A DNA stretch of 64,000 bases from Nitrososphaeria archaeon. Its GTDB lineage: Archaea > Thermoproteota > Nitrososphaeria > Geothermarchaeales > JDFR-13. Shown here in pieces: positions 57,496 to 64,000 of this stretch. The notes under the pieces were generated by a model. The model did not search any database. It saw only the letters and a program-made list of their open reading frames with translations, and was not told where the DNA came from. Made by a program: the position numbers and the translations under genes. How positions within the stretch are numbered: the stretch's first letter is position 1; each line of letters opens with the position of its first letter. The stretch is from positions 256,001 through 320,000 of the forward strand of contig JALWXN010000004.1 of assembly GCA_027078545.1 (NCBI GenBank), in the 5' to 3' direction.

Positions 57496-57945
57496 ATGTC
57501 CCAGGAAGCCGAGTTTAGGGCTATGATAAGGATGTTGGATACGGATATCAAGGGTGCCCTCCCAGCTGTGGAGGGTATCACGAGGATAAAGGGTGTGGGC
57601 CCTACGCTTGCTAGGGCTATTCTCCACAAGCTGGGCATACCCCTGAATAAGAGGATAGGCTTCCTAAGCGATGAGGAGCTTAAACAGATCGAGGAGATGA
57701 TTAAGAACGCTAATAAGTACTTCCCTCCATACCTCCTCAACAGGAGGTTTGACAGGTATAGTGGCGAGGATCTCCACCTAATAGGCTCGGACCTAGAGTT
57801 CGTCGTGAGTAGGGATATCGAGTTCGAGAAGAGTATTGGTTCGTGGCGTGGGCTTAGGCATGCCCTAGGCCTCAAGGTGAGGGGTCAGAGGACCAGGACT
57901 ACTGGTAGGAAGAGGAAGAAGCTGGTTGTTAAGAAGAGGAGGTAG
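57496..57945 (+). CDS. rps13: 30S ribosomal protein S13
   Basis: IKGVG, SWRGLRH..GLKVRGQRTRTTGR. Confidence 0.97.
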   Translation: MSQEAEFRAMIRMLDTDIKGALPAVEGITRIKGVGPTLARAILHKLGIPLNKRIGFLSDEELKQIEEMIKNANKYFPPYLLNRRFDRYSGEDLHLIGSDLEFVVSRDIEFEKSIGSWRGLRHALGLKVRGQRTRTTGRKRKKLVVKKRR

Positions 57946-58494
57946 TTGGGTATGAGGAGGCTTAGGAAGAAGTATGAGGGCCCGTTTAAGCCGTGGGACT
58001 ATGAGCTCCTGATGGAGGAGCTCAGACTGGTGGGTGAGTATGGGCTTAAGAATAAGAGGGAGCTACGAAGGATGGCCACCATGTTGAGGAAGATCAGGGC
58101 TGTTGCTAGGGAGGCCTATGGACTGCCTGAGGAGGAGAAGAGGCGTGTGGAGAGGGAGCTTGTGGGTAGGCTCTACAAGATGGGGGTCCTGCCTGAGGAT
58201 GCCACGCTAGACGATGTTTTGAGGCTGGAGGTTAGGGATCTGCTTGAGAGGAGGCTCCAGACCCTTGTCTATAGGAAGGGCCTAGCCAAGAGTATCTACC
58301 AGGCTAGGCAGATGGTTGTCCATGGACATATAGTTGTGGGTGACCGTGTGGAGGACCGGCCTGGTAGGCTAATATATAGGGATGAGGAGGATAAGATTGC
58401 TATCCGGCCAACGAGTCCATATGCAAACCCTGATCATCCCCATTGGAAGGAGGTGAGTGGAGCTGTCGAAGGAGAAGCCTCAGAAGAAGGTTGA
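57946..58494 (+). CDS. rps4: 30S ribosomal protein S4
   Basis: [28 protein letters not shown]. Confidence 0.97.
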   Translation: MGMRRLRKKYEGPFKPWDYELLMEELRLVGEYGLKNKRELRRMATMLRKIRAVAREAYGLPEEEKRRVERELVGRLYKMGVLPEDATLDDVLRLEVRDLLERRLQTLVYRKGLAKSIYQARQMVVHGHIVVGDRVEDRPGRLIYRDEEDKIAIRPTSPYANPDHPHWKEVSGAVEGEASEEG

Positions 58495-58873
58495 GCTCTG
58501 GGGAGTCGCCCATATATATAGTAGTATGAACAACACGATCGTCCATATAACCGATCTAACCGGTGCCGAGACCATAGCTATAGCCTCGGGAGGTATGTTT
58601 GTGAAGGCTGACAGGTATGAGGGCTCGCCCTACGCTGCTATGATGGCTGCTAAGAAGGCTGCCGAGGTTGCTAGGTCCAAGGGAATAGTAGGTGTACATA
58701 TTAAGGTCAGGGGTGTTGGTGGACACTTCTCACCCATACCTGGGCCCGGTGCACAGGCCGCTATTAGGGCCCTCGCTAGGAGCGGGCTTAAGATCGGTAT
58801 AGTCGAGGACGTGACCCCGATACCTCATGACAGGACCCGTAGACCTGGTGGCCGTAGGGGAAGGAGGCTATGA
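58457..58873 (+). CDS. rps11: 30S ribosomal protein S11
   Basis: [32 protein letters not shown]. Confidence 0.97.
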   Translation: MELSKEKPQKKVELWGVAHIYSSMNNTIVHITDLTGAETIAIASGGMFVKADRYEGSPYAAMMAAKKAAEVARSKGIVGVHIKVRGVGGHFSPIPGPGAQAAIRALARSGLKIGIVEDVTPIPHDRTRRPGGRRGRRL

Positions 58874-59670
58874 AGAAGCCTAGTATACAGGTTGTGGAGT
58901 ATAGTGACGAGGTCTTCAAGGCCATATTTAAGAATGTGCCTGTCGAGATCACCAATTCTCTCCGTAGGGTGATGATGGCCGAGGTACCCACTATAGCGGT
59001 TGAGGAGGTTATAATCTTCAAGAACGACGGCTTCCTTAACGACGACTCCCTAGCTCATAGGCTTGGCCTCATCCCGCTCAAGACCGATATAGAGACGGTC
59101 CGGAGGCTTAGGGAGGGTGATGGATACGTAACCCTGAACCTGAAGGTCGCTGCGCGCACCACTGAGCGGACAGTCTACTCGGGTGATCTGAAGAGTAGGG
59201 ATAGGGCGGTCGCCCCTCTGAGCGATAAGATCGAGATTGCTAAGCTGGCTCCTGGCCAGGCTATTGAGGCTGAGATGTGGGCCGTGCCTGGCACTGGCGA
59301 GGAGCATGCTAAGTGGTCACCGGTAACCGTTGCTGTCGCCCGTGGGGTTCCTAAGATCAGGCTTGCTAAGGATATTCCCCCTGATGTTGCCAAGGGGCTT
59401 GTTGAGGTATGCCCGAAGAACGTCTTCGAGGCTAGGGGTGGTGAGGTCAGGATAGTCGATATAACCAGATGTACTGTCTGTGGCATCTGTGAGGAGGAGT
59501 ATGGAGACTATGTCAAGATCGGGATTGATGAGGGGTCTAGCATCCTATATTTCGAGTCTGTAGGCCAGCTGACTACGAGGGAGATTTTAGACGAGGCTTT
59601 CAACATTCTTTTATCAAAGCTGGAGGAGTTTAAGAATAGGTTTATGGAGGTTGAGTTGGATGTCGCTTAG
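58870..59670 (+). CDS. rpoD: RNA polymerase subunit Rpo3 (D) with ferredoxin-like Fe-S motif
   Basis: NSLRR...[21 protein letters not shown]...CxxCxxC. Confidence 0.96.
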   Translation: MKKPSIQVVEYSDEVFKAIFKNVPVEITNSLRRVMMAEVPTIAVEEVIIFKNDGFLNDDSLAHRLGLIPLKTDIETVRRLREGDGYVTLNLKVAARTTERTVYSGDLKSRDRAVAPLSDKIEIAKLAPGQAIEAEMWAVPGTGEEHAKWSPVTVAVARGVPKIRLAKDIPPDVAKGLVEVCPKNVFEARGGEVRIVDITRCTVCGICEEEYGDYVKIGIDEGSSILYFESVGQLTTREILDEAFNILLSKLEEFKNRFMEVELDVA

Positions 59671-60019
59671 ATATGTGAATAAGAGGAGGCTATACCTCCT
59701 GAACAGGCTTAGGCACTACTCCAACAAGTATGACGCGCCTGTCTGGAGGCGTGTTAGGGAGCTCTTGGACAGGCCTAAGAGGAGGAGGATAGTCGTCAAC
59801 ATATCTAAGATAAACAGGTATACTGAGGAGGGTGACCTAGTGGTGGTGCCGGGTAAGGTGGTGGGCTCTGGGAGTATGGATCATAAGGTTGTGGTAGGCG
59901 CGTTTGACTATAGCTTGAATGCCCGTGAGAAGCTTAGGGAGAGTGGGTGTGAGCCCCTCCTCCTCGAGGAGTTCCTCGAGAGGTATCCCGATGGTAAGGG
60001 GGTGAAGATAATAATATGA
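59660..60019 (+). CDS. rpl18e: 50S ribosomal protein L18e
   Basis: VNISKINR, VVPGKVVGSG; operon position. Confidence 0.94.
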   Translation: MSLRYVNKRRLYLLNRLRHYSNKYDAPVWRRVRELLDRPKRRRIVVNISKINRYTEEGDLVVVPGKVVGSGSMDHKVVVGAFDYSLNAREKLRESGCEPLLLEEFLERYPDGKGVKIII

Positions 60020-60480
60020 CTATGGAGGAGATCGTGGTAGACGCGTCTGGAGCTGTTGCTGGTAGACTCGCCTCTAAGATAGCGAAGCTACTACTCGAGG
60101 GTAAGAAGGTATATGTGGTTAACATTGAGAAGGCTGTCGTTACGGGTAAGAGGAAGAGGGTGATTGAGGACTTTAAGAGGAGGCTTGAGGTACGTTCCAA
60201 TGTGAATCCTAGGAGGCATGGCCCCTTCTGGCCCCGATCCCCAGAGGGTATCTTTAGGAGGATGGTTAGGGGTATGCTCCCTAGGAGGAAGCCTAAGGGT
60301 AAGGAGGCCTATAGGAGGCTGAGGGTGTATAGGGGCGTCCCCACAGAGCTTAGGAATAGGGAGGCTGTCAGGTTTGATGATGTGCTCTATAGGGAGAATC
60401 CCTATGGATATGTTACGATTGAGGAGATCGCCCGGGAGATCGGGTGGATACCTATTGAGGAGAGGCTTAGGGGTGTATAG
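60016..60480 (+). CDS. rpl13: 50S ribosomal protein L13
   Basis: DA...GRLAS.IAK.LL.G, VRGMLP. Confidence 0.96.
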   Translation: MTMEEIVVDASGAVAGRLASKIAKLLLEGKKVYVVNIEKAVVTGKRKRVIEDFKRRLEVRSNVNPRRHGPFWPRSPEGIFRRMVRGMLPRRKPKGKEAYRRLRVYRGVPTELRNREAVRFDDVLYRENPYGYVTIEEIAREIGWIPIEERLRGV

Positions 60481-60482
60481 AT

Positions 60483-60890
60483 ATGGCGAGGACGAAGGTG
60501 AAGGTATTCACTGGTAAGAGGAAGAAGGCTATTGCGAGGGCGTTTATCAGGGAGGGTAGTGGCAATGTGAGGATTAATGGCTATCCGGTGGAGCTCTGGG
60601 GCCATGAGATTGGGAGGATGAGGGTGATACAGACCCTGCTTCTAGCTAAGGACTATGCCATGAAGTATGACATCGATGTATATGTCCAGGGAGGGGGCTT
60701 TATGGGGCAGGCCGAGGCTGTAAGCATAGCTATTGCGAGGGCATTGGTGGGTGTAACCAAGTCTAAGAGGCTGGAGTCGATATATGAGGAGTTTGACAGG
60801 CGTCTCCTGGCGGGTGATCCGAGGAGGACCGAGCCTAAGAAGCCTCTCGGTCCAGGTCCTAGGAGGAAGAAGCAGACCTCCTATAGGTGA
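60483..60890 (+). CDS. rps9: 30S ribosomal protein S9
   Basis: GKRKKAIARA, GGGFMGQA, DPRRTEPKK, QTSYR. Confidence 0.97.
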   Translation: MARTKVKVFTGKRKKAIARAFIREGSGNVRINGYPVELWGHEIGRMRVIQTLLLAKDYAMKYDIDVYVQGGGFMGQAEAVSIAIARALVGVTKSKRLESIYEEFDRRLLAGDPRRTEPKKPLGPGPRRKKQTSYR

Positions 60891-60896
60891 TGCTGT

Positions 60897-61106
60897 ATGA
60901 TCATCCCGGTTAGATGCTTCACGTGTGGGAAGCTGATTGGGGATAAGTGGGAGGAGTTTACAGCTATGATAGAGGCTGGTATTGATCCTAAGGATGCTCT
61001 TGACAGGCTGGGCCTGGAGAGGTATTGCTGTAGGAGGATGCTTCTAAGCCATATAGAGGCTATCGATGACTTCATCCTCTTCCGGGGTATCGACTATGGA
61101 GATTGA
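60897..61106 (+). CDS. rpoN: RNA polymerase subunit Rpo10 (N)
   Basis: [18 protein letters not shown]. Confidence 0.98.
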   Translation: MIIPVRCFTCGKLIGDKWEEFTAMIEAGIDPKDALDRLGLERYCCRRMLLSHIEAIDDFILFRGIDYGD

Positions 61107-62355
61107 GGTCGCCCGTGTAGACGCGGTCATCACCTACGACTCCAGGGGTAGGCCCACCCTAGACATCATGATCATATCTAGTAAGGGTAATGTGGGTAGG
61201 TATGCATCGCCCTCCGGGGCTAGTGTCGGGGCCTATGAGGCTCCGCCACTCCCTGAGGGGGGTATCCTAGGGGCTAGGAAGCTGGTGGTGGAGGAGGTTA
61301 ACAGGATTCTCAGGGGTTTTAGATACTCCTCCCAGGAAGAGTTCGACTCCATGCTTAGGAGGATCGATGGGACGGGCCGCTACGAGAGGCTCGGCTCTAT
61401 TGTCAGCCTGGGCCTCTCCTTCGCAGCTGCTGATCTAGCTAGTAGGGAGCTGGGTATACCTATGTATCGATGGCTCAGGGGGCCTGAGAAGCCGGTCTTC
61501 CCAAGGCCGCTCTGCAACGTCCTTGGGGGTGGGAAGCACGCCCTGAACAGGTCTATAGATATCCAGGAGATACTGGTCTCCCCAGTCAACCCCCCATCCT
61601 ATAGGGATGCCTATGTCTCCGCTGTGGAGCTACATAGGGAGGTTGCAAAGGTCCTGGGTGAGAAGGACCACTTCTTCAATGGTGGGCGTAACGATGAGGG
61701 TGCCTGGGTGACCACACTGAGTGATGAGGAGGCCTTCGAGGCTGTCTGGGAGGCTGTGGATAGGGTTAGGAGTGAATTGGGTGTGAAGTTCGCTGTGGGT
61801 GTTGATATGGCTGCTTCATCGATGTGGGATCCTAGTGACAAGCTATACATCTATAGGAGGAACGGGCTATACATGGATAGGGAGGAGCAGATCGAGTATG
61901 TTATAGAGCTGGTTAGGAAGTATAGGCTCTCCTATGTGGAGGACCCGCTCCATGAGGATGACTTCCCCGGCTTCTCACTCCTGGCTAAGAGGCTGGGTAA
62001 GAATGTCCTGGTCGTGGGTGACGATCTATACGTCACCAACCTATCCCGTATCAAGCTGGGTGTATCGGAGAAGGCTGGTAATGGTGTCATTATAAAGCCT
62101 AACCAGGTGGGTGATATCACGCACTCGATGGAGTCTGCTCGTGAGGCTTCCAAAGCAGGTTTCGCTGTCGTGGTGTCACATAGGAGTGGGGAGACCCCGT
62201 ATCCCCATCTTGCCCATCTAGCCCTGGCTGTGGGGGCCGATCTATTCAAGGTCTCCCCTGTATATGGGGAGAGGGTTGTTAAGCATAATGAGCTGGTCAG
62301 GATGGAAGATTTATATGGCTCCGCGGGATTAAAGCCTATGAGGTGGGCTGGTTGA
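61096..62355 (+). CDS. eno: enolase
   Basis: DSRG.PT, PSGAS.G..EA, EDP, VGDD, IKPNQ.G, SHRSGE. Confidence 0.95.
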   Translation: MEIEVARVDAVITYDSRGRPTLDIMIISSKGNVGRYASPSGASVGAYEAPPLPEGGILGARKLVVEEVNRILRGFRYSSQEEFDSMLRRIDGTGRYERLGSIVSLGLSFAAADLASRELGIPMYRWLRGPEKPVFPRPLCNVLGGGKHALNRSIDIQEILVSPVNPPSYRDAYVSAVELHREVAKVLGEKDHFFNGGRNDEGAWVTTLSDEEAFEAVWEAVDRVRSELGVKFAVGVDMAASSMWDPSDKLYIYRRNGLYMDREEQIEYVIELVRKYRLSYVEDPLHEDDFPGFSLLAKRLGKNVLVVGDDLYVTNLSRIKLGVSEKAGNGVIIKPNQVGDITHSMESAREASKAGFAVVVSHRSGETPYPHLAHLALAVGADLFKVSPVYGERVVKHNELVRMEDLYGSAGLKPMRWAG

Positions 62356-62987
62356 GCGAGGAGGGTCAGGGTCAGGATGTTATTGAGTTGAATAAGGATT
62401 TCCTGATCCAGTACCGTGTACACTTCGGTAGGAATGTGAAGACCAAGTTTAGTGAGAAGTATATATATGGTGTACATCCGAAGGGCTTCTACCTTATAGA
62501 TGTGGATCAGACTATTGAGAGGCTTAAGCTGGCTGCTAGGCTACTCGCCAAGTATAATCCTGAGGACGTCCTTATCCACTCTGCTAGGGACTTCGCCTTC
62601 AAGGGGTTGGAGGAGCTGGGTAAGCTCACAGGCTTCAAGGTGGTTACAGGGCGTTTCCTCCCTGGTACGCTTACTAACTATATGCTTGAGAACCACGTCG
62701 ACACCATGATACTCCTGGTGGTCGACCACACCTTTGATAGGCAGGCCGTAGACGAGGCAGTGAAGATGAAGATCCCCATAATCTCGTTTGTAGACACGAA
62801 CTCCGACGGGTCCTTCATTGACCTGGCCATCCCGGGGAATAACAAGGGTAAGTACTCTATAGCAGCCCTTCTCTGGAGCCTTGGAGTGGTGTATCTTAGG
62901 GAGCGTGGCGTGCTTAGGGAGGATGAAGTGCTGGACATGACTGTCCAGGACTTTATGGTGTCCCCCGAAAATGTACCGGCGGGTTAG
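62343..62987 (+). CDS. rps2: 30S ribosomal protein S2
   Basis: VHFG, GRFLPGTLTN, DTNS, IPGNNKG. Confidence 0.96.
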   Translation: MGWLSEEGQGQDVIELNKDFLIQYRVHFGRNVKTKFSEKYIYGVHPKGFYLIDVDQTIERLKLAARLLAKYNPEDVLIHSARDFAFKGLEELGKLTGFKVVTGRFLPGTLTNYMLENHVDTMILLVVDHTFDRQAVDEAVKMKIPIISFVDTNSDGSFIDLAIPGNNKGKYSIAALLWSLGVVYLRERGVLREDEVLDMTVQDFMVSPENVPAG

Positions 62988-63843
62988 GAGCCCTGCCGTA
63001 GCGGGTCTATTCTATCCCTCGGAGAGGGAGGAGCTGGAGAGTCTCATCAGGAAGCTATTCCTAGGTGGGAGGGGGCCAGGAGGCTTCTACATAGAGAGGT
63101 TTAGGGGTAGGCGTCTCCTAGGGCTTATACAGCCCCATGCAGGCTATATCTATAGCGGTGAGATAGCGGCCCATGGATATGCAGCCCTCCTCTCGAGTGG
63201 TTTGAGGCGGAGAGTAGTTATTGTGGGGCCGGATCACTATGGCCTAGGTGGTGTGGCCTCGGTATATCCGGGGGACGCCTGGCTTACACCGCTTGGGGAG
63301 GCTCCTATTGACCATGAGGTTGTGGATATACTCCTTGGCCATGGGGGTTATCTATCTCCTGGGGAGGAGGGGCATCTCAAAGAGCATTCCATAGAGGTTC
63401 AGCTACCCATCCTCCAGTACATATATGGGATGGAGGGGGCTGAGCTATTATTCACCCCTGTCTCTATGGGGCTTCAGACGATAAATGTGGCTGAGGATGT
63501 TGCACAGGCGTTGTATAGGGTTTGGGAGAGGCTCGATGGGGAAGTTGTCTTCATAGCCTCTACAGACTTCACCCACTATACCTCTGCGGAGGAGGCTCGT
63601 AGGAGGGATAGCTACTCATTAGAGGCTATATCCTCACTGGACCCGGATGGCTTGATGGACGCCGTCTATAACAAGGGCTCAACCATGTGTGGATATGGCC
63701 CAACAGCGGCCCTTCTATTCCTGGCTAGGATGGTAGGGGATGTTAGGGTGGAGATCCTGAGGTATGGCCATAGTGGCGAGGTGACTGGTGACGACTCTAG
63801 CGTCGTGGCGTATGCATCGATAGCCCTCTGGCTAGGTGGTTAG
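62971..63843 (+). CDS. MEMO1 family protein (AmmeMemoRadiSam protein B)
   Basis: R.PAVAG.FYP, PHAGYIYSG, EHSIEVQLP, STDFTHY, CGYGP. Confidence 0.93.
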   Translation: MYRRVRSPAVAGLFYPSEREELESLIRKLFLGGRGPGGFYIERFRGRRLLGLIQPHAGYIYSGEIAAHGYAALLSSGLRRRVVIVGPDHYGLGGVASVYPGDAWLTPLGEAPIDHEVVDILLGHGGYLSPGEEGHLKEHSIEVQLPILQYIYGMEGAELLFTPVSMGLQTINVAEDVAQALYRVWERLDGEVVFIASTDFTHYTSAEEARRRDSYSLEAISSLDPDGLMDAVYNKGSTMCGYGPTAALLFLARMVGDVRVEILRYGHSGEVTGDDSSVVAYASIALWLGG

Positions 63844-63844
63844 T

Positions 63845-64000
63845 ATGGTAAGTATCTTCGCGAGGACACCCGCGAAGCTGATACTCCTTGGTGAGCACTA
63901 CGTGGTCCATGGCGCCCCAGCGATATCCACGGCTCTAGACATGTTTATATATGGTAGGCTTGACGATGATGGGCAGGGCCTGGTCAGCCTAGCAACTGAC
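63845..64000 (+). CDS. mvk: mevalonate kinase, N-terminal part (truncated by window edge)
   Basis: Translates MVSIFARTPAKLILLGEHYVVHGAPAI (P.K..L.GEH.VV.G GHMP motif); typical position after S2/MEMO1. Confidence 0.88.
   Translation, partial: MVSIFARTPAKLILLGEHYVVHGAPAISTALDMFIYGRLDDDGQGLVSLATD

Overview
This is an archaeal core-genome window, probably from a thermophilic TACK lineage near Thaum/Aig/Geothermarchaeota, judged from the unsplit rpoA and rpoB and the multi-intron tRNAs. It is gene-dense housekeeping DNA. It holds aminoacyl-tRNA synthetases, glycine cleavage P subunits, a replication cluster (hel308-mcm-gins / rfcS-rfcL / cdc6), the rpoH-B-A-L30e-nusA-S12-S7-EF1a-S10 and S13-S4-S11-rpoD-L18e-L13-S9-rpoN-eno-S2 operons, and glycosylation genes. 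Four U34 tRNA genes all carry BHB-type introns, and three have introns at both 29/30 and 37/38. The 51-nt insert in tRNA-Lys(UUU) resolves by hand-folding into two tandem introns stacked at the same 37/38 site, which implies recursive splicing. A ~6.2 kb segment (47972-54195) with visibly different codon usage is bounded by an imperfect direct repeat and abuts tRNA-Ser. It encodes a copper respiratory module: an A-type heme-copper oxidase lacking the canonical K-channel residues, a membrane-anchored cupredoxin, an SCO chaperone split by a ~281-aa seven-bladed beta-propeller, and a CxxC membrane protein. No CRISPR array, transposase, integrase or intein was seen. All calls come from motif recognition by eye; no database searches were run.
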